NCBI GenBank assembly: GCA_963764715.1
Contig: CAVXTP010000003.1
Span: 64,001-128,000 of the forward strand
Reading direction: 5' to 3'
Length of the DNA stretch: 64,000 nt
DNA from: an uncultured Acidobacteriota bacterium
GTDB taxonomy: Bacteria; Acidobacteriota; Thermoanaerobaculia; UBA5066; Gp7-AA6
The translations under genes were made by a program, and so were the position numbers. The notes under the pieces were generated by a model that ran no database searches, had not been told where the DNA came from, and worked only from the letters and a program-made list of their open reading frames with translations. Shown one piece after another: positions 17,276 to 27,009 of this stretch. Each line of letters opens with the position of its first letter. Position 1 is the first letter of the stretch.

Positions 17276-19570
17276 GCCGCCCACCGCACCCGCCGAAGGC
17301 CGACGAGCAGCAGGAAGACCGGCGAGCGGTCCCCAGCGCGACAGCGCGAGGCCCGGATAGCCCTCGCGCCATTCGATCCGGTGCCGGCCGGCCGGGACCG
17401 GGCACGCCGGTGAAGGCGAGCTGCGCCGGCTCGCGTCTCGACCGGGAGGCCGTCGATCGCGACCGAGCGGTAGCTCCAGTCGCCCCGCAGGACGAAGAGC
17501 CAGGACGGGTCGGGGCTCTCCGTCTCGAGCGACGAGGCGCTCGGGGCTCTTCTCGAGGATCCGGAGGCTTCCCGGCCGGGCGCGGCCTTCGGCGTGGCGG
17601 CCGGTCTCGACGACGATCTCCTCCGGCGGCAGGCGCGGCAGCGCGCCGAGGGCCTCCACGGGGCCCGGCACTTCCCGCCAGCGCGGCGAGAGCCGGAGAT
17701 CCGGCAGCGCGTCCGGGTTCTCGTCCCAGGTGTCGAAAGGCGATCGCCTCCGAAGGGACGAAATCCCGCGAACGGCCTTCTGGTCGCGGAAGCGGATCCC
17801 GTAGCGCAGGGAGAGCGTCGAGAAGAACCCGGCCGAATCGGGCTGCGCGGCCGCCACGGAGGAGATCTTGCGCAGGCTCTCGATCCGCGAGAGGTCGCCG
17901 GCGTCGAGATCGCTGTTCAGGACGGTCCCCCGCTTCCAGAGCGTGGGCGTGAAGTAGAACCAGCCCTGGCGGAAGAACTCGCTTCCGCCGAGGTCGCCGA
18001 TCGCCTCGGCGTCGGCGAGCGGGGAGAGCGGCTGGTAGAGCGATTCGTCGACCGTGCGGAACGCGCCGTCCGGATCGCGCCGCGCGAGCGTGCGCGCGAA
18101 GGCGGTCGGCGGAAACACCGTTGCCTCGTGCGCCGTCTGCGCGATCGGGCGATTGGCCGCGACGGGAACGGCCGTCAGGACGAGGAGCCCGGCGCCGAGC
18201 GCCGCCCGCGAGGTCCGGCGGACGAGGTCCGCGCCGATCGCCGTCGCCGCCCAGAGCAGCCCCGCGACCGCGAGCGCCGGAGCGAGCTCGCGGGAAGCCG
18301 ACGCCGCGAGCCGGGCATCGCCGCCCGCCGCGGCGACGACGAACCGGCCCGCCGCGCCGGCGGCGAGGGCCGATCCGCCGGCGGCGAGCGTCAGCACGGC
18401 CGAGACGACGAGGAGGCCGCGAGCCCGCGCCGAGCCCGCCCGCAGCCGGTCGACCGCGAGCCCCGCCGCGACCGCCAGGGCGAAGGACCCGCCGACCATG
18501 AACTTCTCGAGGTAGCGCAGCGGCACCGGAGACGGCAGCCGCCCCCAGGCGGCCGGCAGCAGGTGACCCGAGAGCGCCAGCGCCAGCGCCGCGAAGAAGA
18601 GCGCCCGCGCGAATCGCGCCCCGCGGGGCGTCGTGCCGGCCCGGCCGAAGAGCCCCACGAAGGCGATCGGCGCGACGAAGATCGTCGCGAAGAAGTGGCG
18701 GAAGACCTGGGTGCCCCAGTCCCGCGACAGGTCCATCGACCAGATCGCGCCGAAGGGGTACGGGACGAGGAGCTCGGCGAGGCGGGCCACGGGCAGCGTG
18801 AAGCCGGTGACCTCCGCGAGCGTCAGGCCGCCGACGATCCGCCGGGTCTCGGGCGCGAGCAGCGCCGTGGCGAGCACCTGCGGAAGCGCGAGGAGAAGCG
18901 CCGCGGCGAGCCCCGCGCCGAGGGCGAGCGTGCGGGGCCGGCGCTCCCCCGCCGGCGTCTCGAGGAGGATCCACAGGGCGGAGGCGAAGACGGCGGTCGC
19001 GATCGAGAAGGCGTCGCCCGCGAGGAGCATCGCGCCGTAGACGAGCGCGAGCGGAACGAGGCGTCCGGCCGGTCCCCGCGCGGGCCGCACGAGCGCCCAG
19101 AGCGTCCAGGGAAGCAGGTTCGCGCCCGGCTGGAAGTTGCTGTAGAAGACCTCCGAAACGAGCACGCCCGAGAACGCGAAGGCTCCCGCCGCGACCCACG
19201 CCGCGCCGCGCGAGCCGCCGATCGCCCGCAGGAGCCCGAGCATCCCGAGGCCTCCCAGGATCCAGTGGAAGACCGGGAAGATCCGGACGGCCAGCGGAAG
19301 CGGCAGGATCGCGAGGGCCGGCCGGAGAGGATAGAAAACGCCGGCGTTGGGATTGCTTCCGAGCGGGCGGCCGCCCGAGACCGACTCCCACCACACGGGG
19401 ATTCGCCCCCGCGACCAGGCGTCGTGCACCGCGTGCTCGAGGGGCAGGTTGTAGGGAACGATGTCCCGCCCGACGAAAGTGCGGGGCCCGAAGAGCGGGT
19501 CGGCGTACACCACGACGACCATCGCGGCGAAGAGCGCCGGAAGCAGCCAGCCGCGAAGACGCGCGCTCAC
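17272..19570 (-). pseudogene. YfhO-like GT-C membrane glycosyltransferase (copy 3), frameshifted near its 3' end
   Basis: YADPLF..GRDIVPYNLPLEHAVHDAWSRGRIPVW..SGGRPLGSNPNAGVFYP; GDLSRIESLRKIS; frame disturbances at about 17280-17770; GTGA overlaps at both ends. Confidence 0.7.
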
Positions 19571-21915
19571 GCGGCCCGCGCCGTCCCGGCCCTCGCCCGG
19601 AGGAGGAGGCCGGCCGCGCCGAGAAGAAAGAGCACCGGCCCCCAGCGCGAGACCGCGAGGCCGGGGACCTGCTCTCTCCACTCCAGGCGGTGCTCGCCCG
19701 CGGGGATGGCGACCGCGGAGAACGCGAGCTGCGCCGGCACGGCCTCGACCGCGCGGCCGTCGATCACGATCGAGCGATGGTTCCAGATGCCTCGCAGCAC
19801 GAAGAGCCACGTTGGATCGGGGCTCGCGACCTCGAGCGCCAGGCGCTCCGGCGTATTCTCGAGGACCCGCAGCCGACCGGGAGCGGCCGTCGCCTCGGCG
19901 CGGCGGCCCGTCTCGAGAACGACCTCGCCGGGCGCGAGCCGCGGCAGCGCCTGGAGGGCCGGCACCGCCCCGTCCTCTTCCTTCCAGCTTTCGAGCAGCC
20001 GCAGGTCCGGCAGCGCGCCCGGGTTCTCGTCCCAGATCCGCGTGGCCTCGCGGCCGAACTCGCGAAAGCCCGGAAGCGCGTGCTGGTCGGGCCAGCGGAT
20101 GCCGAAGCGCAGCGAGACCGACGAGAAGAGCCCGGCGCCTTCGGGCGCGGCCGCGGCGAGGCCCGAAACCTTGCGCAGGCTGTCGAGCCGCGAAAAATCC
20201 CCGCGGTCCGGGTCGAGGTTCAGCACGGCGCCGCGGCCCCAGAGGGCCTGCGTCGCGAGCGACCAGTTCTGCCGCAGGCTCTCCGTCAGGTACGGATCTC
20301 CGACGGGCCCGCGGATCATCATCGGCGAGGGCGCCTGGTACACCGTCTCGTCCAGGGCCCGGTACTGCCCGGTCGGATCGCGCCGGGCGACGGCCCGCGC
20401 GAAGGCGGTCGGCGGAAGCACCGACGCTTCGCTCTCGGTGTGCGCGATGCGGCGGTTGGCGGCGATCGGAATCGCCGCCAGGATCGCGACGGCGGCCGCC
20501 ACGCGCGCCCGACCGGGGCCGCGCAGGAGCTCCAGCGCGATCCAGGTCGCCGCCCAGAAGAGGCCTCCCTCGGCGAGCGCGCCCGGCAGCTGCGCTCCGG
20601 CCTCCCGGGCCGCCTCGGGCCCCGCGCCGATCGCCGCCGACGCCGCCCTCCCCGCGGGGGCCGGGAAGCGGCTCGCCGCCGCGGCCGCGATCGCCAGCGC
20701 GGCGGCGACGGCCAGGATCGCGGAGGGAACCCGGCGCGCGCCGCGGAAGCGGTCGAAGGCGAGGCCCGCCGCCACGGCGAGCGCGAGCGCCATGGCGACG
20801 GCGAACTTCTCCGGGAACCGGAGCGGGATCCACGAGGCCCGTTCGCCCCACGCGGCCGGCACGAAGCGAAAGACGGCCGAGAGCGCGAGGCCCGAGAGAA
20901 ACAGCCCCCGGGCGCAGCGCGCGCCGCGCACGCGCGAGCCCCAGATCGCGACGAGGCCGACCGCCGCGAACGCCCCCGCGTAGAGCGTCACGAAGAGGCT
21001 TCGGAAGACCCCGGAGGCCCAGGCCGCGCGATCGTCGAGGGTCCAGAAGTCGCCGAAGGGATACGGCACGACGAGCTCCGCGAGCCGCCAGGGCGACAGC
21101 GTGAAGCCGAGCACTTCGCGGAGCTGGATCCCCGTCACCGCGCGCCGCGTCTCGGGCGCGAGCATCCCGGTCGCGACGATCTGCGGGGCGGCGAGGAGCC
21201 CCGCCAGGACGAGCCCGCCCCCGAGGGCGGCGAACGCCCGCCGCCGCTCCCCCCCGGCCGTCTCGAAGGCGATCCAGCAGAGCGCCGCCAGCAGCGAGAT
21301 CCCGACGGCGAAGACGTCGCCGAGCAGAAACAGCAGGCCGAAGGAGAGCGCCAGCAGGATCGCGCGGACCTCGGGCCGCGTCGCCGGGCGGGCCATCGCC
21401 CAGAGGACCCACGGGTGAAAGGCCGTCGGCGGCTGGTTCGGCAGGTAGAACACGCTCGTCACCAGCACGCCCGAGAAGACGTAGGTCGCCGCGCCCACCC
21501 AGGCCGCCCCGCGCGAGGCGCCGAGGGCGCCGAGAAGCGCCAGCATCCCGGCGCCCGCCAGGATCCACTGCACGACCGGGAACCAGCGCATGGCCGCCGG
21601 GAACGGCAGCCGAGAGAGGGCGAGACGGACCGGGTACAGCGTGCCCGCGTTGGGGTTGGGAAAGAGCGGGCGTCCGCCCGAGAGGTCTTCGCTCCAGACC
21701 GGGATCCGCCCGCGCGCCCAGGCGTCGTGGACCATCTTCTCCATCGGGAGGCCGTACGGCACGAGGTCCCGGCCGACGAAGTTGCGGCCGGTGAAGAGCG
21801 GGTCGCGGTAGACCGCGGCGACGAGGAGGGCGAAGAGGAACGCGGGGAGCAGGCGGCGCAGGATTCGGCGTGACGATGACGGCTTCGAATCCACTCCGGC
21901 GTTAGGATAAGGCAT
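19567..21915 (-). CDS. YfhO-like GT-C membrane glycosyltransferase (copy 4, intact)
   Basis: YRDPLF..GRDLVPYGLPMEKMVHDAWARGRIPVW..SGGRPLFPNPNAGTLYP; many TM helices; C-terminal VPAQLAFSAVAIPAGEHRLEW. Start codon uncertain. Confidence 0.75.
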   Translation of the reverse strand: MPYPNAGVDSKPSSSRRILRRLLPAFLFALLVAAVYRDPLFTGRNFVGRDLVPYGLPMEKMVHDAWARGRIPVWSEDLSGGRPLFPNPNAGTLYPVRLALSRLPFPAAMRWFPVVQWILAGAGMLALLGALGASRGAAWVGAATYVFSGVLVTSVFYLPNQPPTAFHPWVLWAMARPATRPEVRAILLALSFGLLFLLGDVFAVGISLLAALCWIAFETAGGERRRAFAALGGGLVLAGLLAAPQIVATGMLAPETRRAVTGIQLREVLGFTLSPWRLAELVVPYPFGDFWTLDDRAAWASGVFRSLFVTLYAGAFAAVGLVAIWGSRVRGARCARGLFLSGLALSAVFRFVPAAWGERASWIPLRFPEKFAVAMALALAVAAGLAFDRFRGARRVPSAILAVAAALAIAAAAASRFPAPAGRAASAAIGAGPEAAREAGAQLPGALAEGGLFWAATWIALELLRGPGRARVAAAVAILAAIPIAANRRIAHTESEASVLPPTAFARAVARRDPTGQYRALDETVYQAPSPMMIRGPVGDPYLTESLRQNWSLATQALWGRGAVLNLDPDRGDFSRLDSLRKVSGLAAAAPEGAGLFSSVSLRFGIRWPDQHALPGFREFGREATRIWDENPGALPDLRLLESWKEEDGAVPALQALPRLAPGEVVLETGRRAEATAAPGRLRVLENTPERLALEVASPDPTWLFVLRGIWNHRSIVIDGRAVEAVPAQLAFSAVAIPAGEHRLEWREQVPGLAVSRWGPVLFLLGAAGLLLRARAGTARAA

Positions 21916-21925
21916 CGAACCGGAA

Positions 21926-23389
21926 GTGGAAAGCCGCTCGCCCGCGGCGAAGCTCCTCCTTCCCCTCGTCGTCGTCTCGCTCGCCGCGCGGCTCGTCCTG
22001 TGTCTTCGCCGCCCCCTGTGGTTCGACGAGATCTTCACGGCGTGGGCCGCGCGCCTGTCTCCCCGCGTGCTGCTCGAGGCGCTGCGTCTCGATTCCGGGC
22101 CTCCGGGCTTCTACCTGCTCGAGAAGCCGTTCGCCGCGCTCGCCGGGGCGCGGCCCGACGCCGCCGCGCTTCTGCGCGTTCCGTCGTTTCTCGCGGCCCT
22201 TCTCCTCTTCGCCGGCGCCGCCACGCTGCCCCGCGGCCGGTCGCGCGACGCCTTCCTCGGTCTCACGGCCGCCTCGGTCCTCGTGACGCTCTACGCCGCG
22301 GAAGCGCGTCCCTATGCCCTGCTCGCGCTCCTCGGCTTCGCGGCCTTCCGGCTCGCGCTCTCGGGAAGCCAGACGCCGCGGCGCTTGCTCGCGCTCGCGC
22401 TCGTCGCCGCGGCCGCGCTCTACACCCACTACCTCGCGATCCTCGCCGTCGGCGTCCTCTTCGCCCTCGCGCTCGCCGCGCGGCGCTTTCGCTCGAGCGT
22501 GGCTCTCGCCGCGGGCAGCGCGGCGTTTCTCCCGTGGGTCCCGGTCCTGCGCGCGCAGCCTGCGGCGGCGACGGCCTGGATGCTCGAGTCGACGCCCGAC
22601 TCGCTCCTCGGGTTCGTCTCGGCCCTCGGCGGCGTCGGACGCATCCCCGCGCCCTTCGGCGGCCCCGCGCCGAACGCGCTCTTTCTCGCCGGCGCCGCGG
22701 CGGGAGCGTTCCTCCTCGCCGTCGCCGCGGCGCGCGCCCGGGCGGACCGGGAGCTGCGCGCGGCGCTCGTCTTCGTCGCCGGGGTCCTCGCCGCGGCCCT
22801 TCTCGCCGCGCGCTGGCGGCCGATCGCGTTCGCCGGCCGGACCGAGATGGCGGTCCTGCCGGTGTGGTTCTGGGCGCTCGGCCGGGCCGCGTCCGCGCGC
22901 GGAGCGGCGCGCGCCGGGGTCGTCGTGGCGGCGCTCCTCGGCCTCGGCGCGACCGGGGCGGTCGTCGCCGCCGGCAGCCCGCGCACGGAGCCCGCGGACG
23001 TCGCCGCGGCGCTCGCGAACGTGGCGCGCCCGGGGGACCGGATCGTCGCCGCCGCGAGCCTCTACCTGCCGCTCCGCCGCGAGGCCGGCCTCGGCCGGCT
23101 CCCCGGCTCGCTCTCGGCGCTGCCCGCCGAGCTCGCCGCGCATCCGGGGTGGTTCGTTCCGGCCCTGCCGGGCCCGGAGGAGGTTCGCGCCGTCGCGCGG
23201 GCGATCGCGGAGCTCCCGCCCGGCGGCCGCCTCTACCTCGTCATCCCTCCGGCCTACGCGACGCCCGGGCTCTCGGCCGCGCTCGCGGCGCCGGGCGGCC
23301 GCTCGCGCGAGCTCGCCCGCGGCCCCGACGCCCTCGTCATCCTTCGGACGCGGGACCCGGAGCCTCTTCCTCCTCGTTCCGCGCCCTGA
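21926..23389 (+). CDS. PMT/ArnT-like (GT39/GT83-type) GT-C membrane glycosyltransferase
   Basis: PLWFDEIFT loop-1 acidic motif, DSGPPGFYLL, YAAEARPYAL, LYTHY, polytopic. Confidence 0.75.
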   Translation: MESRSPAAKLLLPLVVVSLAARLVLCLRRPLWFDEIFTAWAARLSPRVLLEALRLDSGPPGFYLLEKPFAALAGARPDAAALLRVPSFLAALLLFAGAATLPRGRSRDAFLGLTAASVLVTLYAAEARPYALLALLGFAAFRLALSGSQTPRRLLALALVAAAALYTHYLAILAVGVLFALALAARRFRSSVALAAGSAAFLPWVPVLRAQPAAATAWMLESTPDSLLGFVSALGGVGRIPAPFGGPAPNALFLAGAAAGAFLLAVAAARARADRELRAALVFVAGVLAAALLAARWRPIAFAGRTEMAVLPVWFWALGRAASARGAARAGVVVAALLGLGATGAVVAAGSPRTEPADVAAALANVARPGDRIVAAASLYLPLRREAGLGRLPGSLSALPAELAAHPGWFVPALPGPEEVRAVARAIAELPPGGRLYLVIPPAYATPGLSAALAAPGGRSRELARGPDALVILRTRDPEPLPPRSAP

Positions 23390-24452
23390 CGAGCTCCGCG
23401 CCGAGCCAGACGGCGGCGGCGATCCACGTGCCGAGGGCGGTCGCGCGGACGGGCCACGGCAGCGCGAGGCTCTCCGGCGCCGAGGAGTGATAGAGCGCGC
23501 CGGCGAGCGTGTAGAGACCGTACGCCGCCGAGGGATAGAGGGCCCCGAGCGCGACGGGCCAGACGAGCGACTGCACGGCGTAGGACGGCGCGAAGACGAC
23601 GAGCGCGAGAAAGAGCGCGAGGCTCGCGCGCGACAGCTCCCAGCGCCGCGTCTCGCGGAGGATCCAGGCGACGGCGGTCAGCAGCAGGACCGCGAAGAAA
23701 GCCCGGTGCGGGCCCGACGTCAAGACGAAGGCCTGGAGGCCGCCGGGCTTCTCGAGGACCGGCCCTCCGAGGCGGCCGCCGTAGAGGAGCACCTGGCGGG
23801 CGATGTCGGGCAGCGCTCCGGCGTACGGGAGAAACGAGGCCGCGAAGACGGCGTACGGCGCCAGCACGAGGAGGTCCGGCAGCCCCCCGCGCTCCCGCCG
23901 CCTCGAGAAGAGGAGCGGATGAAACATGGTCACGTGCTTGACGAGGAGAGAGGCCGAGAGCATCGCCGCGACTCCCGCGTGCCGGCGCGGCGACGGCGGC
24001 CGCGACGAGAGCCACAGCGCGGCGAGGAGCCAGAGAACCGCGAGGCCGTCGAACTGGCCGTGCGCGCACGAGATCAGAACGGAGACCGGGTTGGAGAAGA
24101 AGAGCAGCGCCCGCCGCCGGGCCTCCTCCGGCGCGAGGCGCAGGCGGCGGCGGCCGATGCCCGCGAGCAGGCCCGCCGCGGCCGCGTCCCCGGCGGTCTG
24201 CAGGAGGCCCACGAGCAGCACGAAGGTGCCGACGTTTCCGCCCGAGGCCAGCCAGACGCCCGTCGAGACGAACGCCCAGACGGGGCTGTAGTTGTAGCGG
24301 TCCGTCAGCGCGTAGACGTTCTGGCCGGACAGGACGCCGCGGACGACGATCAGGAACGACTGCGTGTCGAAGTTGCCGCGGAACCTCGCCGCGACGGCGA
24401 CGCGCAGGACGAGGACGAGGCCGAAGACGAGAAGGAAGCGGCTCCGGCTCAC
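23337..24452 (-). CDS. GT87/PIG-M-like GT-C membrane glycosyltransferase (paralog a)
   Basis: FRGNFDTQSF, RYNYSPVW, FFSNPVSVLISCAHGQFD, SLLVKH, QSLVWP; GTG start coupled to the upstream stop. Confidence 0.65.
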   Translation of the reverse strand: MSRSRFLLVFGLVLVLRVAVAARFRGNFDTQSFLIVVRGVLSGQNVYALTDRYNYSPVWAFVSTGVWLASGGNVGTFVLLVGLLQTAGDAAAAGLLAGIGRRRLRLAPEEARRRALLFFSNPVSVLISCAHGQFDGLAVLWLLAALWLSSRPPSPRRHAGVAAMLSASLLVKHVTMFHPLLFSRRRERGGLPDLLVLAPYAVFAASFLPYAGALPDIARQVLLYGGRLGGPVLEKPGGLQAFVLTSGPHRAFFAVLLLTAVAWILRETRRWELSRASLALFLALVVFAPSYAVQSLVWPVALGALYPSAAYGLYTLAGALYHSSAPESLALPWPVRATALGTWIAAAVWLGAELVRARNEEEEAPGPASEG

Positions 24453-25615
24453 GCGGCCGACTCTCCGGCCGCGGCGTCCGCGGACTGCGGCCGGCGGCCG
24501 CGCGCGCGCAGGCCCACCGCCTCCTGGGCGAGCCAGAACGCGGCCGCGAGCCAGGTCCCGACCGAGGAGACCTGGAGCGGCCAGGCGAGATCCAGGCTCC
24601 AGGACGAGTGAAAGATCGCCGCCGCGAAGGCGTAGACGCCGAGGCCCGCCGACGGGTAGAGGGCGCCGACGGCGAGCGGCCAGACGAGGTACTGGATCCC
24701 GTACGTCGGCAGCGCCACGAGGACCGCGAGCCAGAGGACGAGCGCGGCGCGCGGCAGCTCCTCGCGGCGGGTCGCGGAGACGGCCCACGCGACGGCCGCG
24801 GCGAGGATCGCGAAGAGCACGAACCGCTGCCCGCGGGGGATCTCGAGCAGGGCCGTCCACGCCGACGGCTTGGCCCCCCGGGCGCCGTACGCCACGACGT
24901 TCGCCCAGATCGCGGGGCCCGCGCCCGCAAACGGCAGGAACGACAGCGCGAGCGCGGCATACGGGACCGCGAGCGCCGCGTCGGAAAGGCCGGGACGGCG
25001 CACGCGCCGCCAGAAGAGAAGCGGGTGAAAGGCCGTCACGTGCTTGACGAGGAGCGAAGCGGACAGGAGGGCCGTCGCCCATCCCTTCCGCCGGCGATCG
25101 GCGAGGCCTCCCGCCTCGATCGTCACGAGGATCGCTCCGAGCAGCGGCACGATCGCGAGGCCGTCGAACTGGCCGTGCGCGCTCGAGGCCAGGACCGACA
25201 CGGGATTCGCGAAGAAGAGAAGCGCCGCCCCGAGCGCCGACTCCCGGGTGCGTCGGAGGCGAAGGGCGATCGCGAAGACGAGCGCCGCCGCGGCGGCGTC
25301 GGCGGCCGTCGCGAGGAGGCCGAGCAGGAAGACGAAGCGCGCGGCATCCGCCCCGGCGAGCGTCCAGAGCCCGGCGACCGTGTAGGCCCAGACGGGGCTG
25401 TAGTTGTAGCGCTCGGTCGCGGCGTAGACGTTCTGGCCCGAGAGCACGGCCTCGGCGGCGATCCGGAACGAGTCGGTGTCGTAGTTGCCGCGGAAGCGGG
25501 CGGCGATCGCGAGGCGAACGAGGAGAACGAGGAGGACGAGGAGGGCGAGGAGGAAGAAGCCGAGGGCGCGGCGCCGGTCGAGGCCCGGGTCGCCGCCCCC
25601 GGGGGGCGGTTTCAC
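24449..25615 (-). CDS. GT87/PIG-M-like GT-C membrane glycosyltransferase (paralog b)
   Basis: FRGNYDTDSF, RYNYSPVW, FFANPVSVLASSAHGQFD, SLLVKH, QYLVWP. Confidence 0.65.
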   Translation of the reverse strand: MKPPPGGGDPGLDRRRALGFFLLALLVLLVLLVRLAIAARFRGNYDTDSFRIAAEAVLSGQNVYAATERYNYSPVWAYTVAGLWTLAGADAARFVFLLGLLATAADAAAAALVFAIALRLRRTRESALGAALLFFANPVSVLASSAHGQFDGLAIVPLLGAILVTIEAGGLADRRRKGWATALLSASLLVKHVTAFHPLLFWRRVRRPGLSDAALAVPYAALALSFLPFAGAGPAIWANVVAYGARGAKPSAWTALLEIPRGQRFVLFAILAAAVAWAVSATRREELPRAALVLWLAVLVALPTYGIQYLVWPLAVGALYPSAGLGVYAFAAAIFHSSWSLDLAWPLQVSSVGTWLAAAFWLAQEAVGLRARGRRPQSADAAAGESAA

Positions 25616-27009
25616 GCCGGCTTCCGTGCGATCGCCAGCAGCGACATGCCCACCGAAGGCGGATTCGCCTCCTCGCGCTTCAGGATCGGGAGGAGAAGCT
25701 TGAAGGCGGCGAGCTGGGAGGCGGGGAGCACGCGGCGCCGGAGGAGCTTGCCGTTGACCCACCAGCCGAGAATGCCGGGACGGTTCAGGAAGCGCACGTC
25801 CTGGAGCTCGAACCCCGCGGCCCGGATCTTCTGCTCGAGCTCGGCCTTTTCGTAGCGGCGGACGTGGTGCAGGTGCTCGTCGAGCGAGCCGTAGAGCCTC
25901 TGGAGCGCCGGCACGATGAGGACCAGGCGGCCGCCCGGAGACAGCAGGGCGAAGAAGTCGGCCAGCGTCTCGGTGTCCTGGGCGATGTGCTCGAGCACGT
26001 TGAGGCACACGACCGTGTCGATCGCGAGCGACCGGATCTCGGCCCGCTCCGCCTCGCCGAGCGGGAAGGAGTACGAGGCGACCCGCACCCCGGGCTCGTC
26101 GCGGAAGGTCCCGCGCAGGTACTCGAGGGCCACCGGATCGAGGTCCGAGGCGACGACGAGCTCCCGGCCCGTCATGTGCCGCGTCATGTTGCCGAAGCCC
26201 GCGCCGATCTCGAGCACGCGCGAGCCGACCGAGCGCTCGAAGAGGCCGGCGAGCCAGCGGTTGTAGCCGTCGAGCCGGCCCATCCGGGCGAGCGTCACGT
26301 GGCCGACGTTCTTCGGGTCCTCGGCCTCGCGCACCGAGTGGCGGACGATCGTCCAGAGCGCCGAGAAGGCGTCCTTCCACCCGATCTTCTTGCCTTCCTC
26401 GTAGGTCCGGCCGTAGTAGGAGATCGGGACCTCGTAGATCCGGTAGCCGCGCCGCGCGACCTTGGCCGTGATCTCGGGCTCGATGCCGAAGCGCCTGGAC
26501 TCGATCCGCATCGAGGAGACGACCTCGCGGCGGAACATCTTGTAGCAGGTCTCCATGTCCGTCAGGTTCAGGTTCGTGAACATGTTGGACGCGAGCGTCA
26601 GGAAGCGGTTGCCGATCGTGTGCCAGAAGTAGAGCACCCGGCGGGCGCCGCCGCCCAGGAACCGCGAGCCGTACACGACGTCGGCGTGGCCCTGCTCGAT
26701 CGGCGCGAGGAGCTTCAGGTACTCCATCGGGTCGTACTCGAGGTCCGCGTCCTGGACGATGACGACGTCGCCGGTCGCGTGGTGAAACCCCGCCGAGACG
26801 GCCGCGCCCTTGCCCTGGTTGAACGGCTGGAAGATCACGCGCACGCCGTCCTTGCCGTCGAGCTCGCGGAGAATGTCCCGCGTTCCGTCCGTCGAGCCGT
26901 CGTCGACGATGACGATCTCCTTGTCGACCGGCACGGCCTGGACCCGGCGCACGATCTCGCGGATCGTCTTGGCCTCGTTGTACGCGGGCATCACGACGGA
27001 CAGCTTCAC
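25612..27009 (-). CDS. Bifunctional GT2 (DPM1-like polyprenyl-phosphate glycosyltransferase) / class I SAM methyltransferase
   Basis: KLSVVMPAYNE, VDDGSTDGT, NQGKG, QDADLEYDP, VYGSRF, DMETCYK; then VLEIGAGFG, VVCLNVLEHI, LSPGGRL, HVRRY. Confidence 0.88.
   Translation of the reverse strand: MKLSVVMPAYNEAKTIREIVRRVQAVPVDKEIVIVDDGSTDGTRDILRELDGKDGVRVIFQPFNQGKGAAVSAGFHHATGDVVIVQDADLEYDPMEYLKLLAPIEQGHADVVYGSRFLGGGARRVLYFWHTIGNRFLTLASNMFTNLNLTDMETCYKMFRREVVSSMRIESRRFGIEPEITAKVARRGYRIYEVPISYYGRTYEEGKKIGWKDAFSALWTIVRHSVREAEDPKNVGHVTLARMGRLDGYNRWLAGLFERSVGSRVLEIGAGFGNMTRHMTGRELVVASDLDPVALEYLRGTFRDEPGVRVASYSFPLGEAERAEIRSLAIDTVVCLNVLEHIAQDTETLADFFALLSPGGRLVLIVPALQRLYGSLDEHLHHVRRYEKAELEQKIRAAGFELQDVRFLNRPGILGWWVNGKLLRRRVLPASQLAAFKLLLPILKREEANPPSVGMSLLAIARKPA

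Noticed and set aside
16062-21568. 1110-, 1129- and 1566-aa overlapping ORFs
   Set aside because: Off-frame or antisense shadows and frameshift chimeras of the YfhO-like paralogs.
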